From positions 154,072,001 to 154,136,000 of the forward strand of contig NC_058368.1 of NCBI RefSeq assembly GCF_018350175.1: a stretch of 64,000 nt of DNA. Reading direction: 5' to 3'. The notes below the pieces were generated by a model. The model was not told where the DNA came from. It did not search any database and was given only the letters and a program-made list of their open reading frames with translations. Positions 38,495 to 51,372 of the stretch are shown piece by piece. The position numbers were made by a program, and so were the translations under genes. The stretch's first letter is position 1. Each line of letters starts with the position of its first letter. Origin of the DNA: Felis catus. Lineage: Eukaryota.

Positions 38495-39320
38495 ATTTTT
38501 TCCAAGCTTTATTGAGGCATATTGGAAAAATAAAATTGTATTTAAATTATACAACCTGATTTGATATGATACATTGTGAAACATTGACTGAAACTGAAAA
38601 CTGAAAATCTGTGGAGAAATACAGGCATCCAGGTATTATACACAAAAATCATAAGGTCCCCAAGCAGAGTAAACCAAAAGAGGGCTGTATCAAGACATAT
38701 TATAATAAAACTATCAAAAATCAAAGTCTAAGAGAAAAATTTGAAAACATCAAAATGGGAAAAAGCCAAAGTACCTCATTACATACAAGGGTATCCCCCG
38801 CAAGGCTGTTAATGGACTTTCAGCAGAAACCTTTCAGACCTGAAGAGAATGGGATGACAAATTCAAAGTGCTAAAAGAAAAAAAACCTGCCAACCAAGAA
38901 TACCTTACCTGATTAAGCTGTCTTACAGAAATGAAAGAGAGATCTAGACTTTACCAGACAAAAAGAAGCTGAGGGAATTCATTATCGTTAGACTTATCTT
39001 GTAAGAAATGCTAACTGGAGTTTTTCAAGCTAAAATGAAGGTTAAAAGACAAAAGCATTAAAAATACCTGTGGTTAGAATAAATTGTTAATGGATATACA
39101 GTATAGAAAGAAATAAATTCTGGCATGAAAAATCTAAACTGTGGGTGATGGGAGTAAAAGGGTAAATGTGTTGTTTGAGATAAAAGTTAAGTTGTTACTG
39201 GCTTAAAATAGACCACTATAACTACTTAAGTAAGTAGTTAAGTAAGTAAATATATCTTAAGTAAGCCTCAAGGTAACAACAAAACAAAAAAACCTATAGT
39301 ATATATAACACAAAATAAAA
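38495..39320. mobile_element. Old L1 pieces: 3' end (minus, 38495-38585) abutting an ORF1/inter-ORF fragment (plus, ~38590-39320)
   Basis: ttttccaagctttattgaggcata...tacattgtgaaa is an L1MA-type 3' end. gactttcagcagaaacctttcagacc...aaaacctgccaaccaagaata is ORF1 C-terminal-like. Confidence 0.7.
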
Positions 39321-39699
39321 CATTAAAATTTAACTTTTATACCCTGGCGTCTCCAATTTTGAAAATTTGACCCAGATAAAATGATAATATTCTTGAAAAC
39401 CATAGTGAAGACATGTCTATACATGGATGTATGCATATGGTAACACCCAGAGAAACTCATGGAGATGAATGTGTGAATGAACAGATAAATGAGTAAAAGC
39501 TCAGAATTCTCTTAAAAGTTTGATGTCAAAGATTGATCTAAAGTCCACTCATAACTACCACTATAGGAGTCAAGTGTTGTAGTCTATAATTGTTTACATT
39601 TGTTTAAATACCTTCTATCTAAATATATTAGGGGTTTTTAAATTAAGGAAAACGGCACGTAATTTTAGGATGGTCTCTTTGGAAAACCATTTGTGATTC

Positions 39700-39905
39700 T
39701 TTTTTTTAATTTATTTTGAGCATGAGAGAGAGCATGAGCAGGGGAGGGGCAGAAAGAGAGGGAGAGAGAAAAAGAAAGAAAATCTTAGGCAGGCTCCACA
39801 CTTAGCATGGAATTTGATGCAGGCCTTAATCTCATGATCATGATATCATGACCTGACCTGAAACCAAGAGCCCTACGCTTAACCAACTGAATCACCCAGG
39901 CTCCC
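39700..39905 (-). mobile_element. CanSINE (older subtype)
   Basis: ttattttgag...ggggaggggcagaaagag...atcatgacctgacctgaaaccaagag...cacccaggctccc. Confidence 0.9.
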
Positions 39906-40499
39906 TATTTATGAGCTTTTTGAAAGATTGTTAAAACGTAGGAATTAGAGTTCAGTAATTCAGTCTGTGTCACGAATAGAGCCTATTTCTAATTAGTCTC
40001 TGGTCATTTATTTTGTTTTGTAATGATTGCTAAATAATGCTGGGCCTCAAGCTAGGCATTAAAGCTAGTCAGAATCAGTCCTCATATACTACTGTTTTGT
40101 AGTTGTTCCAGGTGCAAGTTAAAACAACATGAAACAAAAAACACAAAACACCCAATACATTGTGATTCTCATTCAACCCAAAATTTAATTATGTTACTAT
40201 GTGGGTTTGTAATGTGGATTAATAGTTTTATTGTACTCTTGTGATTAGTTTCTGTTTGTTCTAATTTCTTTTTCATTTCTTCCTGACCTTGAGATTAAAA
40301 AAAAAAAAAACACAGAAGATGTATTCCTTCAATTTAATGCCAGTTTGAGGTGTTTCTCCTGCATCATCAGATCAATGAAAAGTAAATAGCCTACACTTCT
40401 TGTTTCACAGTGCAGTATTGATCTTTCTTCAGCTTTTGCTTCCCTTTTTCCCTGCACGTTGTGTCTTTCAACCCCTGGGACTGAAGTGATTGCCATAGA

Positions 40500-40817
40500 T
40501 TGGACAAGCTAACAAGCGCATGATAAGGAACCGGTGTTTTGTGGCATACTCACATACACATGCTTGGTATATAAAGGCTGCTTCTGCATTGAGAGAAAGG
40601 TGCCATTTTGTGTGTGTGTGACACAAGCCACTAACAGAAAGAACTAGAAGGAAAAAACCAGGAAGGAAGGTTCTATATGGTATCCCAAATCTTTGGAGGT
40701 AGTGTTAAATTAGATGATGAAATTCCTTTGAAAAGTAAAAGACAAGTAGCCTGCGGGAAAATGCCACATGCTTTAAGCTGTAACAATTGACTGGATGTTG
40801 ACAGCCTGTGGGTAAGT
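40500..40817 (+). promoter_or_regulatory. Candidate TATA-box promoter with first exon ending at 40811
   Basis: tgataag at 40521, tatataaag at 40568-40576, Inr/YY1-like gccatttt at 40602-40609, donor gg|gtaagt at 40811/40812. Sequence is not repeat-derived. Confidence 0.45.
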
Positions 40818-42596
40818 CTCTACTATCTTTTAGTATTTATGCATTCTCAGTAATATTTGTTGTTCTGTTTTTTTGTATGGTTTGGTTCTGGTTTTTTACT
40901 TGAGGCTAATGTTAGAGTTTGAGAAACAGTTATAATTTGGATTCTATATCCAACACCTAAAAATATGCATGTAAGCCACGTATTTGACTTGAAAAGAAGC
41001 ATTCAGAGATAGATCTGTTTCTTTAACAATCTGACTTAATTGTGGCTTTCCTTTGAGGTGGAAAGACATGCTTTTGTAAACATGTGTACTGATCAGTTCT
41101 CTAAATGCCAAATAATGGAAGGAAACAATAACTTTACAAAGCTTAGAAATACTTTGCTTACTCTATGCCTGTCTTTAACATGTTCATTGTGGAAATAAAA
41201 ATGCTCCAAGTTTTATTTTTGGGCCCTTCTATATCTAACGATTTCTCTGCCATCGTAAAATGGATAAATGAATAATTGATATTCTATCACATGCTACCGT
41301 CTTCCTAGAGAAGCACATTTTATACTGCGTCGCTCACAAGTTTTCTGACATCGCTTTAGAATGGTAGGATTCAGTTTCTTAACTCTGAGTGCTTATCAGT
41401 CATTAGTGCCATTGGTTTCCAGTTCTGTGAACCAATATATATATAAACAAGTAAGTTACCCTTTATTTTTTTTATGCCCTCCTACTTGAATTTAGTTTGA
41501 GAATGTATGGTAAGGTTATCCTTCCGGACTCCATGGATGAAAGAAACGTCACATGACAGAGGAAGTAAATAAAACTTGAGCTCCTCATGGGGAAACTTAA
41601 CTCTAAAAGTGTGAAGATGGTCTGAGGATGTGTGTAGAATGTTTAATGTTAACTATGTTAAGAAAGAATTTCCACAATGCACAGGTCCCTGATTTTGATA
41701 TGTAAATTGCTGTACACTGATATATGAACTTCATATTGGCACCATGGACAGCACTGCAATGCGGCTTATTAGCACATTGTTTTCAACATGACACTTTCAT
41801 ATCTTAAGCCTTTTGTTGTTTGAGTAGAATACGGTGTACATGGAACAAATTAAGTCTAATGTTGGAGCTTTAGTATCTTTCTGAGGCTTTATGACATTTT
41901 ATACTTCTTGGATTTGGCTGATTGTTCTAACTTAAGCTATTAAGGCATCCTTAGGGTAACCCTAGTGCTGATTTGAAAGCTATTAATTTTCTATTATAGT
42001 GTATATTCTGTAGTGTGGCACTCACCTGCATTATTGAGTCAACGACCAATTGCAGAGTTGCTCTGTGGTGATTGGAGCTTAACTCAACCCTCTGGGATCT
42101 CATTTATTATTTGCAGATATTGATTTTGGAAAAAGAAAAGCTAAGATGTGTGAGTATAACACTGACTTAGACCTGGCCCAGAGCTGTTAACTCTTCATGC
42201 TCTGCATATTGTACTTGTTAACATATAAAACAATTATATATTTTGTGGTTTAAGCAAAGATCAATTATGCTGTGCTCACAATAAGTATTATCAATATCTA
42301 TCAGTGTCTAAACATGGAGTCCCCAAATGATCTTGCTATATGTTCATAGAATGTAAACTTAGATCTTGTCATACTTAAAATTTTCTGATTCCTTAGAAAT
42401 ACAAATGAGACGTGAATGTTTACTTATAAAAACGCTAAAAACAAAGCCCCAGGTGTGTTTGGAATATGATCTCTAATTAGCATGTGTGTGTATGTGTGTA
42501 TATGTAAGTAGAATCCTAATGATGATTTATTCTTAAACATTACAGTTGGGACAGTCCTCAGGGAGTTCGCTCAAGTAGCCTCAGAGACTATAAAAA

Positions 42597-42858
42597 GGCT
42601 TATTTCATAACTTGAAGTTGTACTTTTTAATCTCTTTAACTATTTTGCCTATGCATCCCACCAAGTCCCTCCTCAGATATGAAAAGTATAGCATAAGGAA
42701 TATAATCTCTATTGTAATAACACTGTATGGTGACAGATGGTAACTACACTTACCACAGTAAGCATTGAGCAATGCATACAAATGTCGAATCTGTATGCTG
42801 TACATTTAAAACTAATAAAATAGTGTGTGTCACCTATACTTGAAGAAAAAAATAAAAT
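42597..42858 (+). mobile_element. Short L1 3' end with 5' inversion
   Basis: 42672-42858 is an L1 3' terminus (tgtatggtgacagatggtaactacact...A tail). 42597-42670 is the preceding 3'UTR segment in reverse. Confidence 0.75.
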
Positions 42859-45299
42859 TATGTGGAAAATATTTTGATCTAAAAGAATATATTATTCAAA
42901 ATGAAGCCAGAGCTTATGTGGAATTCTAGCATGAGTGATCTCTTGACTGAAGGGACCCAGAGAGCCTAGTATGACCTTAGTACTCCCACAGGCTAACAAG
43001 TTTGTAAAGACACACACTTGTGAACCGTACAACAACCAGTCCCCTATGTCCTCATGTTGATAACTAAGGCATACACTATGTTTGCTCAAAACCTGAATTT
43101 TCCCCTTAAAAGATCTTTGTTATTTTCACAAAACAGCATTTCTAGATAGTCACTGGAAGCACTATTTTGTTGTGTTTAAGTTAAATCCCACTTTTTTAAT
43201 GAATCTTTTTTATTATCTCACCTTAGTAATTAATTTAGAAGAGCAAAACCTATTTTATTAAAATTTGAAATAATCAAACTTCACAAATATGAAAGGGGGT
43301 TATGTTGTCAATAATCCATTTACTTGTACAAATCATCTGCAAATAATTGATTATCCAATAGAAAATGTTTGTTATTTAATTACCTGAGAGCTTAACATGT
43401 TCAAGGAGTACTCTATGCCATGAAAAGATGTATGATATTTGCACTGTAGACTCTTTAGAATGCATTTCAGTTCAAAATATACCAGCCTAATTGCCTCCTA
43501 TTTGCAACTAATCCAAATGACCACATAAGTGCCCTTAGAAAACTGACGTATTCATTTCTTTTTCATTAAACAGAAATATATATTATGAGTTAGGTGTGCT
43601 GGGTAATGAAGATATAAAAAAAAAAAAAGATTCACAGTAAGAATCCAATAAGTATTAAAGAAAGGAAAACAAGACCTTAGCTTGATTTTTTTTTTAAAAA
43701 AAGCTCTACTATAGTAAGAGTATAACACCAATCCATCGTTTATAAAGCATAACCTTATAATAGAAGCAAAAAAGTGTACTGTGTTGTAAGAGTACACCAA
43801 ATATGGAACAAAAAAAACCACGTTTTACTGTATAAATTTAATGTTTAGAAAACTGCCTTTCGGTTAATTTGTAGAAGGATATCTAGCAAAATTACTTAAT
43901 TCATGTAACTTTATTAAACCAAGTTATTTAGTATCAACTACATGATGAGGGCTAGAGAGGCAGAGAAAACAGGATGCATGTTCAGCCCACACAAAAGAAC
44001 AGGAAAGAGAGGAAAAGAAAGCCAAATTTTACACTTCGTGAAGGCATTTTCCTTCACTACAGAATTTTTAGTCAAATGTCCGAAAGTTTTTCATTCTTCG
44101 ATATATTTTTCTAAAGGTTAAATCATAATGAATTGATATTCAGTTCAACTTTAAGTGATAAAAAATTCATCTGCAAATTTTGTTGGTTTATTTTATTTTT
44201 TGTATCTAGCATGTCATATTTAGTACATATGACCTGGAGGCCTCTGTAGGTTTTTATTGTTACAAAGTTTGAACAAACTAGGTCCAGTTTAAGGATCAAG
44301 GGGAGACACTCAGAAATCAGTCACACTGAACTTGGCTTACATCACTGTATACCTATTAGTGAAATTAGATACCAAAACCTAAACATGGTTACAGTGACAG
44401 AGCTGCTTAAATGTAGAGATGTGTATTGATCAGGCATCTGTTAGGGAGATTTTAAGGAAGGTAGGGACCTAAGATTAAAGCTTAAACACTTAAATTCTTC
44501 TGACAAAAAAATCACCAAAGCACATTTTCAATGAGATATCTCTGATCTGACACTACAAATGATTTCCTAAGATGGTTAACATTCTCATTTGAAGCAATTG
44601 ATTTTTAATAGTTTTATCCGAAAATATAATTGGACATGTAAGTGAGTATTTTTAACGAGTACTCTCCTATTTATTTATCTTTTGGTCCACAAATGGCAGT
44701 GATTATCAACTGACAATGGGAAGTCAACATTATAAGTGGTTTCATGTAGTTAACTGTAAGATCATTATTTGGGTTAACATATGGATGTCATTCCTTTGAA
44801 TACAATGGAGGCAAAATAGTTCTATCACTGATAGTCATGATGAAGAAGTTAGGGAATGTTCATATAAATATCAACTTCCAGTGTGGTCTGTTCTTTTTTA
44901 GCAGCCTGTGAAATAGTACCATAAATTCATCCCCATTATGAAGGGCTTTAGCAGTGAGATTTGAAGCAGCTTGTCATGAAAAGAGTAAGGTATTACTCAA
45001 AAGAGATAGCTTTAGCAAAAGGTCATTGTTAGGCTCATATGCGTAGACACTGAGGACACAGCTTCTTTATCACTGTCCATTCATCCGATGGGACAATTTT
45101 ATTTCTAAATTTAAGAGGTGGGAGATGTTATTGAACTTTGGTCAGAAAAGATGCTGATTCTGAAAATGACTCTTCTTGCTTCACTGAAATTTACCTACTT
45201 GTACATCTAGACACCTAGAGCAGGAATAACCACTGACATCTATTTGGCCCATGCTCTCCCCTTCTGGCTTCCCTTGGCTTTTTTAAGCAAGATTTGATA

Positions 45300-45347
45300 T
45301 TTTATTTTATTTTTTTATTAAAAAATTTTTAACATTTATTTATTTTT

Positions 45348-45398
<51 letters not shown>

Positions 45399-45562
45399 CT
45401 AGCAGGGGAGGAGAAGAGAGATGGGGAGACACAGAGTCTGAAGCAGGCTGCAGGCTCTGAGCTGTCAGTACAGAGTCCAATGCGGGGCTCGAACTCACGA
45501 ACAGTGAAATCATGACCTGAGCCAAAGTCGGACACTCAACTGACTGAGCCACCCAGGCTCCC
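45300..45562 (-). mobile_element. CanSINE (SINEC_Fc type)
   Basis: T tail, long (GA)n, consensus body. Flanks caagaYttgat. Confidence 0.95.
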
Positions 45563-45853
45563 CAAGACTTGATTTTTTATAAGAAAATTACTCAAGTTCT
45601 CCACATGATTGTAACATGATTTTCTCCTGCTTGACTGACAACTTTATTAATCCATGCTCTTTCTCCTTATAAATTCTGAAAACCAACCACATGTGAGGAG
45701 TGGATACTGTCATGAATCCATAATCTCTAATGGGCCTTTTGGTGCTACTTGGCTATGCCTTTATTAAACTTTTCATGACTTTCATATTTCCTAGTGACTT
45801 TTTTTCAAACATGTCCCACACTTAGCACATTAAAAACTCCATATATCATGCTC

Positions 45854-46254
45854 TGTGGTAGACTGGTAATGCCAATTCATACTTGGTTCGTTTGGTTCTT
45901 CTCTCTTCCACAAAGATGGTTTTACTTCTCCATCTCTTTTCTGTTAGGTAGGGCCAGAGGGTTCTGAGTAGACATGGATTCTGAGTTATTTTCAGTGGAA
46001 GACCTCACCATTCTCTTCCCCCACTTTTTTTTTTCTTTTTTTGACCTTGAGGCCTTATGATCCAAATCATGAAACGATACGATGGTAGAGCATCTGTCAG
46101 CCTAAATTTGCCATGTACTCATGGAAGCCGTTTGCCATGGAGAAGCAGCAGGTCCCATTTTCATTAACAAGAAAGGAAATTTTACAGTTTTAAACCACTG
46201 AGATGTTGGGGATGTTTTTTCTACAGAATAGCCAAGGGTATCCTGACTAATGTA
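45854..46254 (+). mobile_element. MaLR solo LTR (MLT1J-like)
   Basis: Starts tgtggtagactg, ends ttttaaaccactgagatgttggggatg...tatcctgactaatgta. Confidence 0.7.
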
Positions 46255-48384
46255 CCTTCACATTTAGGTGGTGGTCTTTTTTTGTTTTGTTTATTTCCAG
46301 TATCCTGAAAGAGTTGAGGTAATAAAACACATTCTTTTTACCATGACATAATTATATTTGTACACTTTGACATATTTCTGTATTTTTCTCTGCGTCAGTA
46401 TCAAAGGAAGAATTGTGTTGTGTGGTACCAACTGTTTAACTCCAATCCTTACACAATGATCGTTAGCTGCTTCTTAGTTACATTGTGTGACAATAAGGTC
46501 AAACTTTTTTCACCTCAGTAAAACTTTAAAATTTATGTTACATATCACATAACCTAACATGATAAATACTTAATATTGATAAATACATGACACTATATCC
46601 AGAAACATCTTCAAGGTCACATATTTGGTGTCTAATGTAGCCCAAATCTGAGATAGTGTATCCGAGCACAGGTTCATGACTTGGCTCTCTGTGTTATACA
46701 AACTTGTTGTGAAATTTTTGATTCCCTTGGCTTACACAATAAGTATTTACCCCAATTATCATTTTACCTCTGTGGATGCAACTGTGGTGGCTTAGTTCCT
46801 GATGAATTTTGGCACTTAAGAAATGTTCTATATGTGCTTCTTTAATCTTTTGCTTCTATCCTCACTCTCTTTCCAAACTGACTGCTAATTTCTTTGACTA
46901 TGAAATAGCAACTTTTAGGTTTGAATCAGATTATCTCCTGTCTCAACTTTTTGCTGCTTTCTACTTGAATACTGTTTCTTTATTCCTTTCTTTGTGCTTA
47001 TTCTATGTGTTTTATTTTTCTGTTAAATATGCTTTAGTTCCACTTGTTTTCTGAATTCTTTGAAGACCAGGCTAGCATATCCCCATTTCTTACTTTGTTA
47101 TATGTGTGTGTAGTTGATAATTATTTATAAATTAGTGGATCCATAAGGATCTTTTAGTGGGAAAACACCATTTATGTTAAATTATATTTATCAAACCAGT
47201 GTTTGGAACTCTAAATATAATATTGATATAATGTGTTATTGATATAAAGCTATTATTATCACTTGTGACACCATGGTGGCATTTTCTTAACCCAGTTAAA
47301 GGTACAACAGCTGTGGTGGGTTGAGGAAACAGATTCTGTCATGAACCTAGGGAAGTAGCTCTTGACCTTTTATTCATCTAGTGTCTACTCCAGATCAAAT
47401 AGATTGAGCTCTATTGCTTTTCTTTCAGAATTTTGCCTCTTGTGTCCAAAGTTGGATTATTAATTATCCAACTGTCCAAAGGAATGAGAAGGTGCAATTT
47501 TATCTATAATTATCTTTCAATGCTATTGTTTAGATAGTAGAAACCAGTGAAATATTAAAATATTTCAAAAAATCAGTGGTGAACTTGTAACTGACACAAA
47601 TGATGGCATGGAATGAGTTACAAAGTTGAAAGCATACCCTAATTATATACATATATTTATTTCCTGTCTTTTGCTGAATATTTATTAGTAAATTCTCTGG
47701 ATAAGGATTTATGTATTAGATTTGTTAACAAAATATTATGATTCACAAGATTATCCATCAACATTGCATAAGGTACTGCTACTGTATTTCTTTGTTCATT
47801 GCCTTAAGTTGGTTACCTTAGCCTAGTGTTTAAAGCTTTTAACTCTTATATTCAAAGCATGTTTCTGAACATTTTCAACATTTTAAATGCAAAGTGCTTC
47901 TGTAGTAAGTCATGATACGGTGTCTCAGGAGACAGATGAAGCTGGCATGCTTTTCTTTTAAGCTGAATTAATGCTTGTGTAGACTGACATCCATGAAGAC
48001 TAAAGTGTTCCAGTTACAGAAAGGAACTACAACTCAAGAGGGGCAGTTAGTGCCTTTTACTATTCTGCAACACTAATACATAACAAAAGATTTGCCCATT
48101 TCCTTGTCCCCTTTGATTCTCTTTCTTTTTGCTAAAATTCCTCTATCCGTAACACCATAGTTTAGTTGCTTTAGACCAAAATTTTATTGCCCATGAGATG
48201 CCAAATACAATTTCTATGACACTTTCTTTCCCCTCCCCCCCAAATAAACTGTTTTTAGATATCTAAAAAAAAAATTGGTCAGTGAGGTTAAGAGATAATT
48301 CCTATAGTAGTGCTATTTGGTAAGGAAAGGAGTGAAGCCTAAGGACTCACACCCCAAAGCTAGACAGACCTATAAATAAATGCA

Positions 48385-48592
48385 TCTGTGCTGTAGTATT
48401 TACTAGGGATCTGAGCAAGTGACCTGTTTTGAAAACTTAATATGCGCATCAGTAAAGACAGATATGACAATAGGATCTGTCTTATAGGGATGATATGTAT
48501 GTAGATTAAATGACACAGTGAATTAAAGTCTTAACATGCTTAATACTGTGTCTGGCATATGGTAAACCTTCAATCAATTTTAGCTTTATCAT
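48385..48592 (+). mobile_element. MIR SINE
   Basis: ctgagcaagtgacct...catcagtaaa...gattaaatgaca...tgcttaatactgtgtctggcatatggtaaaccttcaat. Confidence 0.65.
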
Positions 48593-49049
48593 AATCTTAT
48601 TGGTATAATTATGAGTATTGCTAGGCCTCAGTAAGATTACCTGGCACTGATTATCATACATTAAATCCAATTTTTTCCATGCAATGTGAAAATGCCTACA
48701 CACGTATTTACTTTTGGCAGGTGTAATTTCTCCTTATACCATGTCAGCTTAATTAAAATCAGGATATTGCTTGGCAGATTGTGTTCAGAAAAACAAGAGT
48801 TTGGATAGGTAATGCTAGTAGGTTATAACATTCTAAGGGCACTTCGTGTTTTTAGAAGTAGATTTATAACTGCTCTGAGGATATTCTCTTTCTGGACATT
48901 GATTATGAGAATACTAGCAGAATATATCTTAGCCTGTATCTACATCAAATGCCTCTTAATTGTTACTTTCTTCTTTTATGTTAACAACTTTAGTCAGGTT
49001 GTGTTAAGTTTTTGGACTGATCCATTATATTTATTTTCAAATTTAACTT

Positions 49050-49210
49050 TTATTAAACTTTTTTAATTTTTATTTATTTTTGAGAGAGAGAATGCAAGCT
49101 CATGTGAGCTGTCAGCACAGAGCCTCATGCAGAGTTTGAACCTATGAACCACGAGATCATGCCCTGAGCCCAAGTCGGACGCTGAACCAACTTAGTCACC
49201 TATGCGCCCC
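49050..49210 (-). mobile_element. CanSINE, internally deleted
   Basis: Lacks the middle of the body. Perfect TSD tcaaatttaactt at 49037-49049 and 49211-49223. Confidence 0.9.
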
Positions 49211-49362
49211 TCAAATTTAACTTGTAATAGTTAACATTATTTGCAGTATTTCCAGGTTGTTTGGATAATATTATGCACCTCACTCAGTGCCTACCCATAT
49301 GAGTCTAACAATGACCTTTGTTAATGTGTACTACTTCTAGAATAGTTTCTTTAAAATGGCTT

Positions 49363-51372
49363 TCTTTTTTTTTTCAATATATGAAGTTTATTGTCAAATT
49401 GGTTTCCATACAACACCCAGTGCTCATCCCAAAAGGTGCCCTCCTCAATACCCATCACCCCCCCTCCTCTCCCTCCCACCCCCCATCAACCCTCAGTTTG
49501 TTCTCAGTTTTTAAGAGTCTCTTATGCTTTGTCTCTCCCCCCTCTAACCTCCTGTTTTTTTTTGTTTTTTGTTTTTTCCTTCCCCTCCCCCATGGGTTTC
49601 TGTTAAGTTTCTCAGGATCCACATAAGAGTGAAACCATATGGTACCTGTCTTTCTCTGTATGGCTTATTTCACTTAGCATCACACTCTCCAGTTCCATCC
49701 ACGTTGCTACAAAGGGCCATATTTCATTCTTTCTCATTGCCATGTAGTACTCCATTGTGTATATAAACCACAATTTCTTTATCCATTCATCAGTTGATGG
49801 ACATTTAGGCTCTTTCCATAATTTGGCTATTGTTGAGAGTGCTGCTATAAACACTGGGGTACAAATGCCCCTATGCATCAGTACTCCTCTATCCCTTGGG
49901 TAAATTCCTAGCAGTGCTATTGCTGGATCATAGAGTAGGTCTATTTTTAATTTTCTGAGCAACCTCCACACTGCTTTCCAGAGAGGCTGCACCAATTTGC
50001 ATTCCCACCAACAGTGCAAGAGGGTTCCCGTTTCTCCATATCCTCTCCAGCATCTATAGTCTCCTGATTTGTTCATTTTGGCCACTCTGGCTGGCATGAG
50101 GTGATATCTGAGTGTAGTTTTAATTTGTATTTCCCTGATGAGGAGCGACGTTGAGCATCTTTTCATGTGCCTGTTGGCCATCTGGATGTCTTTAGAGAAG
50201 TGTCTATTCATGTTTTCTGCCCATTTCTTCACTGGATTATTTGTTTTTCGGGTGTGGAGTTTGGTGAGCTCTTTATAGATTTTGGATACTAGCCCTTTGT
50301 CTGATATGTCATTTGCAAATATCTTTTCCCATTCCGTTGGTTGCCTTTTAGTTCTGTTGGTTGTTTCCTTTGCTGTGCAGAAGCTTTTTATCTTCATAAG
50401 GTCCCAGTAGTTCCTTTTTGCTTTTAATTCCCTTGCCTTTGGGGATGTGTCGAGTAAGAGATTGCTACGGCTGAGGTCAGAGAGGTCTTTTCCTGCTTTC
50501 TCCTCTAGGGTTTTGATGGTTTCCTGTCTCACATTCAGGTCCTTTATCCATTTTGAGTTTATTTTTGTGAATGGTGTGAGAAAGTGGTCTAGTTTCAACC
50601 TTCTGCATGTTGCTGTCCATTTCTCCCAGCACCATTTGTTAAAGAGACTGTCTTTTTTCCATTGGATGTTCTTTCCTGCTTTGTCAAAGATTAGTCGGCC
50701 ATATGTTTGTGGGTCTAGTTCTGGGGTTTCTATTCTATTCCATTGGTCTATGTGTCTGTTTTTGTGCCAATACCATGCTATCTTGATGATGACAGCTTTG
50801 TAGTAGAGGCTAAAGTCTGGGACTGTGATGCCTCCTGCTTTGGTCTTCTTCTTCAAAATTCCTTTGGCTATTCGGGGCCTTTTGTGGTTCCATATGAATT
50901 TTAGGATTGCTTGTTCTAGTTTTGAGAAGAATGCTGGTGCAATTTTGATTGGGATTGCATTGAATGTGTAGATAGCTTTGGGTAGTATTGACATTTTGAC
51001 AATATTTATTCTTCCAACCCATGAGCACGGAATGTTTTTCCATTTCTTTATATCTTCTTCAATTTCCTTCATAAGCTTTCTATAGTTTTCAGCATACAGA
51101 TCTTTCACATCTTTGGTTAGATTTATTCCTAGGTATTTTATGCTTCTTGGTGCAATGGTGAATGGGATCAGTTTCTTTGTCTTTCTGTTGCTTCATTATT
51201 AGTGTATAAGAATGCAACTGATTTCTGTACATTGATTTTGTATCCTGCAACTTTGCTAAATTCATGTATCAGTTCTAGCAGACTTTTGGTGGAGTCTATC
51301 AGATTTTCCATGTATAATATCATGTCATCTGCAAAAAGTGAAAGCTTAACTTCATCTTTGCCAATTTTGATG
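49363..51372 (-). mobile_element. Young felid-type L1, 5'-truncated
   Basis: Closely matches 3670-5660. TSD taaaatggctt at 49352-49362 and 51373-51383. Confidence 0.95.
49612..51372 (-). pseudogene. Truncated L1 ORF2 (RT C-terminal half + CTD), frameshifted
   Basis: Begins just before LFADDMILY. 4-nt deletion (attt, relative to 5461-5464) near 51178, then a 498-codon open frame. Confidence 0.9.

Noticed and set aside
15180..39265. Small local duplications (cactatata x3 at ~15181-15217, tcaaattcaagg x2 at 19040-19063, ttaagtaag x3 at ~39225-39265)
   Set aside because: Ordinary replication slippage. No spacer structure, so not CRISPR-like.
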